A stretch of DNA of 64,000 nucleotides from Macrostomum lignano (GCA_002269645.1 NIVC01000014.1:248001-312000); one strand, 5' to 3'; shown: positions 13,645 through 25,602, numbered from the stretch's first letter. Program-made: numbers and translations. Notes: generated by a model not told the origin, from the letters alone.

Positions 13645-14165
13645 ACACAAACCAGCTAGCCCTCTGCCCCTATTAAACTGCAATGTACATTCACTGAGAA
13701 CCAAGCCTGCCCAAGCTAGCCATCTGCCCCTATTAAACTGCAATGTACATTCACTAAGAACCAAGCCTGCCCAAGCTAGCCCTCTGCCTCTATTAAACTG
13801 CAATGTACATTCACTGAGGACCAAGCCTGCCCAATCTAGCCCTCTGCCTCTATTAAACTGCAATGTACATTCACTTAAAACCAAGCCTGCCCAAGCTAGT
13901 CCTCTGCCTCTATTAAACTGCAATGTACATTCACTGAGAACCAAGCCACCCCAGCTAGCCCTCTGCCCCTATTAAACTGCAATGTACATTCACTGAGAAT
14001 CAAGCCACCCCAGCTAGCCCTCTGCCCCTATTAAACTGCAATGTACATTCACTGAGAACCAAGCCTGCCCAAGCTAGCCCTCTGCCCCTATTAAACTGCA
14101 ATGTACATTCACTGAGAATCAAGCCTGCCCAAGCTAGCCCTCTGCCCCTATTAAACTGCAATGTA
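13645..14165. repeat. 59-60-bp minisatellite (ctagccctctgcccctattaaactgcaatgtacattcactgagaaccaagcctgcccaag), ~9 copies
   Basis: Successive 60-nt lines 13681-13921 align vertically. Confidence 0.95.
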
Positions 14166-14664
14166 CTTTGTGTGTGAGCCACCTGAACAAGCTGTGACTG
14201 ATAATGGACAAGCGTGTCCAAATCAAATATAGTGCCAGACAGCACTGTAGAATGATGAAAGTCACTGATTATGATTTACCTGATTACACTCAATCTCGAT
14301 AGCAAATTTATTTTTGTTTGCTGGTATTTTTCAATAAGATTTCTAATATATGTTTTTTCCGTATGTTTGTTCTTTATCAAGATAATACATGTTTTAACTT
14401 GTCTATCAACTCAGCTTACTGACAGGCACCCAGTGTTGTTCTGTATTTTATTCCATTTTCTAAATGCTTAGGATATCTGCAAATATACTTGATAAATTAA
14501 TTGGCTTTATGTATGACACTCCAAGCAGTGTTGTCATATGTAAAATGCTAGATTATAAAATTCCTTATTTGCTTATTAAAATTCACTGCGGTGTAATGTT
14601 ATTAAAGTTTGTAAAGCTACTCGAGTTCACATTTTTGCTTTATTCTTCAGTTGAAAATGGTTGA

Positions 14665-15240
14665 CACCCATATGGCTGTAGTATCTTACATCCCATATGG
14701 CTGTGATATCTGACACCTTTCCCTGACACCCCACATTGCTGTGATATCTGACACCCATACGGCTGTGATATCTGACACCTTTCCCTGACACCCCATATGG
14801 CTGTGATATCTGACACCTTTCCCTGACACCCCGTATGGCTGTGATATCTGACACCTTTCCCTGACACCCCGTATGGCTGTGATATCTGACACCTTTCCCT
14901 GACACCCCACATGGCTGTGATAGCTGACACCCCATACGGCTGTGATATCTGACACCTTCCCCTGACACCCCACATGGCTGTGATAGCTGACACCCCATAC
15001 GGCTGTGATATCTGACACCTTCCCCTGACACCCCATATGGCTGTGAAATCTGACACCTTCCCCTGACACCCCATACGGCTGTGATATCTGACACCTTCCC
15101 CTGACACCCCATATGGCTGTGATATCTGACAACTTCCCCTGACACCCCATATGGCTGTGATATCTGACACCTTCCCCTGACACCCCATATGGCTGTGATA
15201 GCTGACACCTTCCCCTGACACCCCATATGGCTGTGATATC
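14665..15240. repeat. 38-bp minisatellite (ggctgtgatatctgacaccttcccctgacaccccatat) with shorter internal-deletion variants
   Basis: ggctgt at 15077 and 15115; each unit has an internal ctgacacc duplication. Confidence 0.93.
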
Positions 15241-15959
15241 AAACACTTTACGCACAGCATTTCGTAAAATTCTACGAATATACGCGTTAATGCTACTATT
15301 GCTACACAAATGGCATGTTTCTCTTTAATAAATATGTACTCATTGTAAATGTATACATAGGTGGTTAGTTGACAGTAGTATTGTGAGTATATTTTAATAT
15401 TTTTCTCAAGTATGAAGCGACACAGTTTGAAATCAGTATAAACTTGAAGAGTTTAACTTTCCGTCACCAATTATGATATAGTAAGGTTTATATATAGGTT
15501 AGATCATGGGTACCTTCGGTTCAAGTTCTGAAACTAAGTAATGATGGGCTTATGGTATATGCAGCTTATGTTACAGTATAGTTAGGTTCGAGTAGTTAAC
15601 AGTCAGAAAATAAGGCCATCAACAATATAAGGACATGACGTGTAATGTTAGATAAATCTGACAGAACAGGAGAGTTGTTATTACAGGACAACTTCAAGGC
15701 TCTAGTCATTCGATCAAGCTCTAATGCTTATAGAAGGCAATGTATAGTATACAGGATAGTTTACTCTACTTTATAATGTACTAAAGTATTCTATTAAGCT
15801 CAGAACTTTTTCTATGCATGTCAGTAATATACACCCAATTGGTTTTGGGCCATAGACAAATGAGCAAAAAGGGCAGGAAAGTGTAAAGACCGATATCTGG
15901 TGTCACAGAGAAAAGCGTCACAGTAACGAGTGTACAGTGGTCTACTGGAGGCATCTGGA

Positions 15960-16240
15960 TGCAGGTGACAACGATAGTCCGCTAAATGACTGATTGGCGC
16001 ACTCTGCGTTGGCCGTCCAGATCACCGGATATGAACTCGATTGAGCCCGTGTGGGATTTCCTGAAGCGCACGATTCGGTGCAACAATCTCTATCCCCCCA
16101 GAACATGGTCCAGCTGTGCAATGCGCTTTCATTCGCGTGGCAACAGCTTCCACAGGGACTTTCTGCGGCGCCTTGTTCGGGAATGCCTCGACGAGTGAGC
16201 GGTCTGTTGGACGCTCGTGGTTGCTATCTATACCTGTTAC
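15960..16240 (+). pseudogene. Tc1/mariner transposase C-terminal remnant (frameshifted, internally deleted)
   Basis: WPSRSPDMNSIEPVWDFLKR matches the Tc1 WPxxSPDLNPIExxWxxLKR motif. A DNDSP (second catalytic D) lies upstream in another frame; QNMVQLCNAL..AWQQLPQ..FLRRLV..MPRRV..LLDARG is spread over frames downstream. Confidence 0.85.
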
Positions 16241-16419
16241 TGGCTGTGCTTTTGACACGTACACAGCGTGGAAATGGGCATGGACTTGTTTCGATGTTCA
16301 TTCTTTGTTGCCTTATTTTGATTGTCTATGGCCCAAACATAGTTAAAAAACTTTCAATCCCTAATCGTTCAGCTAGTGTAGCCTTTTGTGCAGTACGTGG
16401 ACACTTTTCAATGTTGCTG

Positions 16420-17130
16420 AGTGTAGCTTTTTGCAGCCCATTTGGGCCTACGCGCATTTAATTTAATCCAAAATAGGTTTGCCAATGCAATGGAGCTTTT
16501 GTCTATGGTAGCAAGGCTGTCCATAGTTTCATTTGCAATTGCTGCGGGGAGCAAGATCGGCCCCAGAATAGTGGACCATATGCTAGGCTGTCGAACGAAT
16601 TCCATTGGCTTGTGATCCAAGCACTCGACAGAGGTGAACACCCAAAGGACATTGCTGATGGTTGCTGAATGTTAAAAGAAAATATGGTTTGCAGCATCCA
16701 TCAGCGCGTTGAAACTCTGCTGGCAGAGATAGCCTGCGAAAAGGGTGGCAATCGACAAGACAAGTTGCTCGATAGCCTCAGGTCCAACTGCTAGTCGATG
16801 CAGTTGAGACGAACCCTTTGTTTCCGTTGAAGAGTTCCAGTTGGTTATCAGATTTCGACTATCAGCAGAGCTCTGGAAAAGCGACTGAAAATTGTTGGTG
16901 TAGAGACGCTGACATTTTAGCGGTACGCAACAACCTGGAGACAGTTGCGAGAAGGCAAGAGTTTGTACAATGGCTCACTGGCGTTTGGACCAAATTGATG
17001 CTTGTTGGACCAAATTAAATGCCGCTGTGCCAGCTTTGCTACCATAGACAAAAGCTCCATTAGATTGGTAAAAAGTATCTTGGATTAAATCCAATGCGGG
17101 CAAGCCCAAATGGGCTGCAAAAATCGATAC
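16420..17130. mobile_element. Degenerate DNA transposon with ~100-bp imperfect inverted arms and a possible hAT transposase C-terminal remnant
   Basis: 16420-16519 (tttttgcagcccatttgggc..tttaatccaa..atggagcttttgtctatggtagcaaggctg) is the imperfect reverse complement of 17031-17130. The minus strand at 16702-16773 reads IEQLVLSIATLFAGYLCQQSFNAL, resembling the Buster/Charlie hAT motif (LxxFxxTYLCExxFSxL). No TSD found. Confidence 0.55.
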
Positions 17131-17539
17131 TAAAAAGTTGCATATCTATACGAGTATATATGATTGGAGCTGAAAACCGGTAGCAATTCAAGAAAGCGAC
17201 ATTGCACGGACCCAATGAACCTCTAGTTGACTTCAGCAGTAGACCTTGTTGGAATATGGCAACAGAAGTGTTCAGTAATCGCTTGTCAGTCTTGTAGCGC
17301 TTGAAGTAAATCAAAAGTACATCATCGTTAATCAATGCTAGGATTGGCTTGTCTCTCAGTCAAGTTTCTCAATAAGAGATGCACGAGTTGTCTATGGCCC
17401 AACCTGTCTTCATTCTATAGGCTTTCAACCAAAGAGTATTGAGGTCGCCTAGTATAGAGTGCCAATAAGGATGAAAATCTGAAGCCGATTTTTAGAATCC
17501 ACCCACCCACTCCGGTCACCAAGCTTTTTAGTCTATGGC

Positions 17540-18090
17540 ACTTTGGATATCCGTTTCCCGCTGAAAAATAGGGACGGATATTTGCAGGTTCGAATATAGC
17601 GTATCCGGATCCGGATAGGGGCATGCACTTTTCCGAATGAACGGCCGGATATGTCCAGATATGACATTTTATCCGAACTATATCCGGACAAGTTGTATCC
17701 GGACGAATATCGGGATTATCACCCGGATATGTGACTGATCTGGACAAAAATTTCTGGACTTTTCATCCGGATACCGAACTATATTCGGTTACTTGGTTCG
17801 GAAGTATGGTTCGGATACTCTACTATATCCGGACAAGTCATATCCGAACGAATCATCCGGATATGTGGCTCAAATATCCGGCCTTATAGCGCCAGATACA
17901 TTTCCGGACTTTCGTCCGGATTCAATCTACGTATCCGACCGTTTCGTCCGGATACAGAACTATAATATCCGAACAAAACATCCGGATATGTAAAGTTGGC
18001 GTCACTTATCCGAAGAAACTACCGGATATTCTCCAACTGAACGGATACAGGGAATATCCCGCCGAATTTTTTAAAAACCGAACCAAAGTC
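17540..18090. mobile_element. Cluster of ATCCGGAT/TCCGGA palindromic motifs, probably the subterminal region of a non-autonomous DNA transposon
   Basis: About ten TCCGGA plus many atccga/ccggatat variants in both orientations within ~550 bp, with no fixed period; ends and TSD not identified. Confidence 0.45.
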
Positions 18091-18741
18091 CTTCCCTTTT
18101 TTCAACGGGTTTACGAGCTCTACCCGTAGCATGGCAAGAAGCAATTCAAATTACATGTATCGCATTTTTAGGTCCGATTGAAAAAATCTTTGCTTGAAAT
18201 CTTTTTTGATTGAAAAAAAAGATTTCTAGTTCTCACCTATTGTCCTGTTTGCTGAGGCTACATGTACGAGTACCTCAAGCTGACTCTTATAAAGTGCCCA
18301 CAAATAGGTTCAGTGTCTTTAGCCAACAAAAAATGGTCTTAGATCGCAATAAATATAGGTCAATTCAGTCGATTAAATGGACTTACATGAACTTTGAAGA
18401 CTTAAAATGTTTTAGGAATGACAATTAGGTACGAGTACCAGCATGTTAATATTCAATATACCTCTGCATTGTAATAATAACCTATGCATTATTGCTCGAC
18501 ATTATACTGTCGTAGTAATAGCACTAGCGCTTGGAAATCTTCAACATTTAAGAATCTGTTCTGAGGGTACAGTTCTCTTCAAATTTGACCATGGTATATA
18601 AATAGTAATACGAGCGTACGCTCGTAAACTAGCCTTGACGATAACGTAAAGACGTTGAAATGCATTGGCATTATTAAATATTGACATACTGGTAACTACA
18701 CATCGCTTGAAGGCTTATTTCTAAATTTACGATGTAAGTTC

Positions 18742-20682
18742 TCACTTCGAACAAGGAGCGGACAACGACGAGGTTCCAGACTTGACGGACAGAGCCGAAC
18801 CGTAGGTGTCTTCGCGCCTCAACGACGATGACCTCGACGTTGATGAAGAAGTAGCGGCCAGCAGCAGTCTCGGCCCGCCGACCAGACGGGCAAGTCGAAG
18901 TCGGAACGACTTTCGCAGGTAGGGTGCGCTCATGCCATAGGTGAAAATGTTAACGGCATTGTGCAGCAGCATGACAAAATGGGTCGCGTGGATCCAGTAG
19001 TTGAACAATGTTCCATTGCCATTGTTCAACTCATCCGTAACGTCGTAGTAGTTGATGTTCTGCGATCGGAACGCTTCGATCATCTGGACGACGGTGTTCG
19101 GAGCGGTGAAGGCTAGGAAAACGCAGGACACGCCGATGAGCGAGCCGAACGACTTGTCGTCAACGCAGTAGCCGCTTCCTCTTGACAGTTGTCGAAGGTG
19201 TCTGGTTCTGAGCGCGATCAGGGCGCAGTTTCCGGCCAGGACCAGCAGCAACGGAATTACCGGGAACACCAGAGCCAGCCACATCTTCTCCAGGCCGTAG
19301 GAGAAGACTGTAGATTCGTATCGCCAGCACTGGATAAAGAAGTCCGAGTCCAGAACTACGAGACGGTAGCGAGTGAACAGCAGCGGACTGCACATGGCCG
19401 CTACGAGAACTATGAGGCCTAGGATGAGCAGGCGGTGGACTCGTCTAGAATAGAGCGAATGCCAGAACGGTCTAACCAAGGTGGCCAGCTTAGTGTAAGT
19501 CAGCGCAACCACCAGCCAAGCTACGGATCCGGCTGTGAAGATCTCAAAGAATGGAATCAACTTGCAGGTGAGCTGCGACGCCTCCTGAGCGAAGATGTCG
19601 AAGTAGAGCGACAAGATAATTGGTAGCAGGTTGCACCACAGACAGAGCAAGTCAAGCACTGAAAGAGCCAGGAAGTACATGCAGCTGATGCTCTCGGACA
19701 GGTTTACCAAGCTGAACAGCAGCGCAATCAGGTTGCTCACAGTTCCGATGAGTAGCAGGATCGGATAGCCGTATCGGATTAGTTGAGCCACGGCGCTTAG
19801 CTTGCCAGGCAGGGAAGCCTCGAAAGTGGGATTAATCCACATCCTGTTGGGAATTCTGAGCGCGTCGAAATGGCCAAATATGATCAGCTCGATGAATTCG
19901 ATAATCCGATGAGTTGTATTGTAATAGTCGAAGTTACCGCTGCGAGCGACGTGCGAGAGTAACTTGTACTGTAGTACAGAGGTCATGCTGTCGTGATGCT
20001 GACTGCTGCTCTGGCTGTTCGGGTTGCCTCGGGCCAGGTCTTCGAGTTCGCAGCGCGGGCGAAGCAGCAGCCTCGGATCCGACAGCTGCATCAGGAGGGT
20101 TTTGCGACAGTCTGGCGGTACGTCAACCTCGGGCAGGCAGCTTTTAGCGAAGGTGTACAACGTCTCAGCGGTGCGGTCGCCCGAGTGTCTGAGAAGGTTG
20201 CTGTAGGTGACGTAGGGCTGCCCCAGCTGCAGGTAGAGCCTCACGTAGACAAACAAAAACGGCTTGGTGTCGCCGCCGCGAAGGCTCTCGATGACAAAGT
20301 CCATGAGCGTTATAGTGAGCTCCTGCACAGTGGGATAGTTGCTGCCGAATATCAGGCTAGGATAAACTCGAAAATGGCACAGCACATTGTAGTCGCTCAT
20401 CTTGATGCCTTCAAATGCTTGGTTGAACGTTTCAAACAGTTTACTGCGCAGGGTGAACACCAGCTCTGAGAATTGCCGGTATTCGTCTTGCTCCATGACT
20501 TTGACGTACTTTTTCAACTCATTGAGCAGGTGGATCACCTCTGGACGAGTCATATTTCTCTCCGGCAAGTGGTTAAGCATCGCATGAGTTGACTGCGGAA
20601 GCTGCGAGCCGCCTGATGCAGCCACCAGCGGCAGTGCAAGCACCGCAATCAGTAATCTAATTGATGCCAGAATGGAATTCAT
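18742..20682 (-). CDS. Intronless class A (rhodopsin-like, peptide-receptor type) GPCR with signal peptide and long N-terminal ectodomain, 646 aa
   Basis: True ATG with an upstream in-frame TGA; hydrophobic leader MNSILASIRLLIAVLALPLVAA. Seven TMs: GYPILLLIGTVSNLIAL (TM1, N1.50), MYFLALSVLDLLCL (TM2, LxxxD), CKLIPFF..AWLVVALTYTKL..RPF (TM3), TM4, VFPVIPLLLVLAGNC (TM5), VSCVFLAFTAPNTV (TM6), LLHNAVNIFTY (TM7); Ser-rich tail. Confidence 0.92.
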   Translation of the reverse strand: MNSILASIRLLIAVLALPLVAASGGSQLPQSTHAMLNHLPERNMTRPEVIHLLNELKKYVKVMEQDEYRQFSELVFTLRSKLFETFNQAFEGIKMSDYNVLCHFRVYPSLIFGSNYPTVQELTITLMDFVIESLRGGDTKPFLFVYVRLYLQLGQPYVTYSNLLRHSGDRTAETLYTFAKSCLPEVDVPPDCRKTLLMQLSDPRLLLRPRCELEDLARGNPNSQSSSQHHDSMTSVLQYKLLSHVARSGNFDYYNTTHRIIEFIELIIFGHFDALRIPNRMWINPTFEASLPGKLSAVAQLIRYGYPILLLIGTVSNLIALLFSLVNLSESISCMYFLALSVLDLLCLWCNLLPIILSLYFDIFAQEASQLTCKLIPFFEIFTAGSVAWLVVALTYTKLATLVRPFWHSLYSRRVHRLLILGLIVLVAAMCSPLLFTRYRLVVLDSDFFIQCWRYESTVFSYGLEKMWLALVFPVIPLLLVLAGNCALIALRTRHLRQLSRGSGYCVDDKSFGSLIGVSCVFLAFTAPNTVVQMIEAFRSQNINYYDVTDELNNGNGTLFNYWIHATHFVMLLHNAVNIFTYGMSAPYLRKSFRLRLARLVGGPRLLLAATSSSTSRSSSLRREDTYGSALSVKSGTSSLSAPCSK

Positions 20683-21387
20683 GCAGCACTTGAATCAATG
20701 CGCAATTTTGTTCCGCAATCTCTGCCTGCTTTTCGGTGGTTAAGTTTGACGCTTCGCTCTCTTTGCGTGAGAAGCGGAGCAGTTGGCTGTGCAGGCTTGT
20801 GGCAGACTTGGCCTTTTTGCATGAGGTTGAATCTAAGAATCTAGAAGCTACGCCGCTGAATTGGTCTTATCAATGCCTTCACCGGAGGCGTTCTATGAGA
20901 AACAATGGGCGAATTGTGTCCCAGAAAAACAGCAATTTGTCTGTTGATTTCCTTCTTATTAGTGGTTATAGGCAAATTTACGAGTTATTTATTGCCGCAA
21001 TAAATTACACGCTGTCGCAAAAAGTGCTTATAGCTAGTAATAAAATATGTGCCATCACGCATGCACTTATCTTCAAGGCGGATATGTGTAATCGTTTATT
21101 TAATATTATTCAATATCTTACATAATTTAATACTCCCGAGCTATAAACCAAGTAAAATTAACAGTAAGTGTATCCTAGAAATACTAATGGAACTACTATG
21201 TATTAAATTTGAACCTTAGAAAATACTAATCGTGATTAAAAAAGACAGTCATTTAAATGAATCATGCAAGACATGCACTTGGCTCGACCATAGTTTTTTT
21301 CAGTCAAGCTGACAAGCCAATCAAGTGAAGAATCCCGATTTGCTGCAACAGCAGACACTGCCGCGCAGCACTGCACTCGGCCATAGA

Positions 21388-21783
21388 CAGGGGCGTCGCC
21401 ATGGATTTTATGGTGGGGGGGGGGCAAAGCCAAGAATGACTAAATTTTGGCACTCATTTTAGCGCCGCAGGCACTCATTTTAGCGCCGCAGGCACTCATT
21501 TTAGCGCCGCAGGCATTCCTTTTAGCGCCACAGGCACTCATTTTGGCGCCGCAGGCACTCATTTTAGCGCCGCAAGCACTCATTTTAGCGCCGCAGGCAC
21601 TCATTTTTGCGCCGAAGTCGCTATATTTTGGCGCCCTGAAAAAAAATTATTGATTACCACAACGGCTCACAAGGTGGGGTGAAGGGGGGGGGGAAAAAAC
21701 ATTGGCATGTTCCCCCAGAGCTTTTACTGGGGGACATTGGCTGGCCCCCCTGTCCGTCCCCCCCCCCGGTGGCGACGCGCCTG
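21388..21783. mobile_element. 396-bp hAT-type MITE with 14-bp TIRs, perfect 8-bp TSD (gccataga) and an internal 21-bp minisatellite
   Basis: TSD at 21380-21387 and 21784-21791. TIR CAGGGGCGTCGCCA versus CAGGCGCGTCGCCA on the opposite strand (13/14). gcactcattttagcgccgcag repeated ~9 times at 21450-21635. An 8-bp TSD with CAG ends is the established hAT signature. Confidence 0.88.
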
Positions 21784-22330
21784 GCCATAGACAATGCAGC
21801 CAATCAAGTGGTGACCTCCCCATTTGCACTCTCCCACAGACTGTCCTGACTTCGGGTCCAACTATTGGAGTGACTTGCACGACAACTACTCTCCCACGGT
21901 CAATATTTAAGAGTATTTTAAACTAAGGATTCCATCTAACAGGACTTGATGGCTTTATTGTCGATGCATGGTCCATTGCAAGCGAATGGGGATTCTTGAA
22001 CTTGATCGCCTTAATTATCAACAAAAGCAATACTTTTCTAAAGGCTGATATGGGTGCACTAAAGTTTTAGGAATAGGGTCTTTTTACTTAGAATCAAGAG
22101 CATAATATATTACATTTTGCATTTGAATTTCCGTGAAATCTGTGACAGATTCTAAGAAACTGACTTATTATTACAAAAAAACTTTGTGCGCGCGGAGAAA
22201 TCAATCAGTAATAGCAATAGTTATCTGAGAAGCCAATAAATGCATGTCAAACGGGAATAAAATTTGCTAAAAATCTTAACCAAATTGTCTTTTAGAATGT
22301 CACTCACTATATTCAATGAAAATCACGTCG

Positions 22331-22719
22331 TCACTTCTTTCCTCGCTTCTTCTTTCCCGCCGAGTTTTTCTTCTTGCCGCCTCCGGCGCTGCTGGATTTT
22401 TTCTTTTTTGAGCCGGCCGACTTGGCCGATTTCGACGACCGGCCCGACTTGGCCGATGCGCCGCCGACGCCGCGTCGGCCGCTGCCGCGTCCGCTGGCCG
22501 CCTCATCGGCCGGGTCGCGCGGTTTTGTCACGAATTCGACTCGTTTACCCTGGCAACGCTTCTGGTTGCAGACCCGGCACTGGCCCGGCTCCTTCATGCG
22601 GCCGTAGAAGTCGCCAAGTAGGCACTCCTTGCAGAATCGGGTGCCGCACCATTTGCACATGTAGGTCTGCATGAGGCATCGATTATGCTTGCGGTTGTAG
22701 TTCTGGGGAACCCCGAAGT
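22331..22719 (-). CDS. Terminal exon of an uncharacterised protein: CxxC zinc-finger-like module plus Lys/Ser/Gly-rich basic tail (5' exons not located)
   Basis: Acceptor aaaccag| at 22721-22720 gives phase-1 (x)FGVPQNYNRKHNRCLMQTYMCKWCGTRFCKECLLGDFYGRMKEPGQCRVCNQKRC...KKKRGKK*; GC-rich exon-like composition. Confidence 0.7.
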
Positions 22720-22753
22720 CTGGTTTTAGTTTGGTACGGTCTAAGTCTAAGAA

Positions 22754-22990
22754 GGCTGTAGCCCAGTGGTCAGAGCGTCGGACTCACGACTTGAAGGCCG
22801 GGGGTTCGATTCCCGACCCCACTCGGAACAATTTGTGTTTTTGAGCAAGACACTTAACTCTGCGTTCTTCAGTTCACCCAGCTGTAAAATGGGTGCCAGC
22901 ATTAGCTGGGGGTAATTGAGGGTGTGTGTGGCGTAATGTAGTTTGCATGCACGTCTTCCCATCAGGGCAAGTGTAATCAATTATTATTAT
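22754..22990 (+). mobile_element. tRNA-derived SINE with CORE-like central domain, copy 1
   Basis: A box tagcccagtggt and B box ggttcgattcc. The segment gagcaagacacttaactctgcgttcttcagttcacccagctgtaaaatggg resembles the MIR/CORE domain; (tta)n tail; second copy at ~43065. Confidence 0.85.
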
Positions 22991-23024
22991 ATTCTAAATT
23001 GAGGATTGATGAATGTTCTAGTGA

Positions 23025-23585
23025 ATGTTTCAGTGGAATGTTTGTGAAATCGTAGGATGTTTGTGGAATCGTGGAATGTTTGTGAAATCGTAGGATGTTT
23101 GTGGAATCGTGGGATGTTTGTGGAATCATGGGATGTTTGGGGAATAGTGGGATGTTTGGGGAATAGTGGGATGTTTGGGGAATAGTGGAATGTTTGGGGA
23201 ATCGTTGGATGTTTGTGGAATAATGGGATGTTTGTAGAATAGTGGGATGTTAGGGGAATAGTGGGATGTTTGGGGAATAGTGGGATGTTTGGGGAATAGT
23301 GGGATGTTTGTGGAATAGTGGTATGTTTGGGGAATCGTTGGATGTTTGTGGAATCGTGGGATGTTTGGGGAATCGTGGGATGTTTGTGGAATCGTGGGAT
23401 GTCTGGGGAATCGTTGGATGTTTGTGGAATCGTAGGATGTTTGGGGAATCGTGGGATGTTTGTGGAATCGTGGGATGTTTGGGGAATCGTTGGATGTTTG
23501 GGGAATCGTGGGATGTTTGGGGAATCGTGGGATGTTTGGGGAATCGTGGGATGTTTGGGGAATCGTGGGATGTTTGGGGAATAGT
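23025..23585. repeat. 19-bp G-rich minisatellite (gggatgtttggggaatcgt), ~29 copies
   Basis: ggaatcg at 23521, 23540 and onward. Confidence 0.95.
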
Positions 23586-25602
23586 GTGAATTTTAGCCAC
23601 CGTGAAGTTTACAGAATTAAGAATTAGGTAGATAGTATTAGATATTATATAATATATTACGAGCGTACATGTCCTCAACCGGGAGGGCATTAAAGAGTAT
23701 CAGCTACAGCTACAGACCCCTGTCACGTTACGAAACTATGGGGCGTCTCAAAGATTCACAGTTTCACATTCGTGGCAGCTGCAGATGTTTAAACTTACCG
23801 AATCGACAAGGGAGCAGCCCCATCGGCACATGGCAACGAGCAAGCCGCGAGCTCTTGAATGTCTCTGAAAATGACTTGATTTTTAATCTATTGAAGTGTT
23901 GCAGGAACCTATAGAAACCATATAGAATCTGGTCTTTATCGAGCTTTGAATAAAAAACAAATTTTTTTTTCGGCTACACTGTACGAGTTTAGACGGTTAA
24001 GCAGCGTAAAAACGGCTTGCACAACTACCCTCTCTCTCTCTCTCTCTCTCTCTCCCTCTCTCACCGCTGTTGCTAAGGGCGATAGAAAGCAGGCTTTTTC
24101 TGTCTGTCTCTCTCACTTGAGTCGCGCGCAAATGCTAACGCATTCTCAGTAATTGTTGGCCTGTAGCTTTATGCGATCTTTTCTTGCTCCTTTGGCTATT
24201 GGATCGTAGTAGTATTTCTCTCTCTCTCTCTCTCTCTACCTCTTTCTCGACCCCTCCTAGAGCTCTCAAGGCTTTTTTCTCGTCGCTCTCTGCGACCAAA
24301 GCTATACTAGCTATAGCTAGCTATAGGCCCTTTTAAGTTGACGCGTGTGCGCTCTTTTCAAGCCAGTTGAATTATTAAAATGAGCGCGCGGCTGATTTGA
24401 CAGCAAATGCAGAGTCAGGCCGAGAGATGCACGAACAATTCTATCTAATAAGAGGAATCTTAACCTGCATGTAATGGCATAGTTGCATGATGGTGCGCAC
24501 AGACGCAGAGGATTATCCATTTTACTTGGGAATCCCATTTTAACTTTGAGGTACACCGTTGGTCTATGCAGACTAGATATTAAGCCTTGAATTTTGCCTA
24601 GCAGCAATCATACGATTGGGGAGCAATGAAAAACGATCCTGATTGGAACACATGCAGTATACCCTGTAGCTGCGATTGATTTTCCCGCTGCTGGGCTGGC
24701 ATCAGCGAAGTTATATTCTTGAGTCGAGTGCAATAATGCCATCATAAATACATAGCCATTCTAGGCCATGTTTTCCATGAATCCAATTGACTAATTTATA
24801 TGGTACACCATTTGCTGCTCTCAAATCTAATCTATAATCCTAAACAAAAATCAGGTTTCGAAACCAAAATAGACAACAGGCATTTGAGTCGTCGCATCTA
24901 CAACTCTGTCTGCAAAAGGTTAACTACTATATAAGGATTTTAATTTGTATTTTTTAACTTTCAGTCAGCTTTCCTCGTAAAAATTTCTTGCTATGATCGC
25001 TTCTTTGTTTAAGAGTTCGATTTTTATTTGAAAATCATCAAACAACAGCTGCCATTGCTAATGCTATTTCAGGATGTATATTCAGTAGGTATATTGCATA
25101 TTAATAACATATTTATGCATTATATTTACTTATGTCGCTTGCCACATCCCAGTTTGCGTTTTAATTTTGTCATATTTCGAGACCCCATAGCCTATACTAC
25201 TAGAAGTAGTAAGTTTACTTGAGAGTTCAATCAATTAGCTATTTGTAAAAAGCTACGAAATATTCATTCACATGCGCCTTTTGTTGTCACGGGAGCATCG
25301 AGTAAAACAAATGTTTACTTATTTTTGTAATATAAGTAAAATTCCAACTAGTAATTAATTAGTCTAAACAGTCAAAAGTAACTTTTAACTGATTTTTTAA
25401 CCTTTTAAAAAATTTTATCAGGAAATTTTATCAGCTGATCTAAATTAAAGAATTTACTTCTCTTTCGGACGCGTACATTGTTCAATCAACATTTAAGTAT
25501 TTATTTATTTTGCTCTTTAACACTCTAACACTTGAGAGAAAGATAAAAGGTATTCTTGCTTGTTGTTGTCAGACCAATTCATTCAGCAAAAAAGTTTAAG
25601 AC

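Noticed and set aside
9839-15309. Long ORFs of 100-354 aa (PYGISPTNL, GQPPRSSVAG, GCQGKVSDIT and others)
   Set aside because: These are translations of minisatellites in several frames, often with non-ATG starts.
16503-16697. Transib-like transposase motif (FGCSPLSSAWI)
   Set aside because: Similarity is limited to a few residues, and the hAT-like match immediately upstream on the same strand is better.
22754-22830. tRNA gene
   Set aside because: The A and B boxes continue into a CORE-like body and tail and a second copy exists, so this is a SINE head; no convincing acceptor stem.
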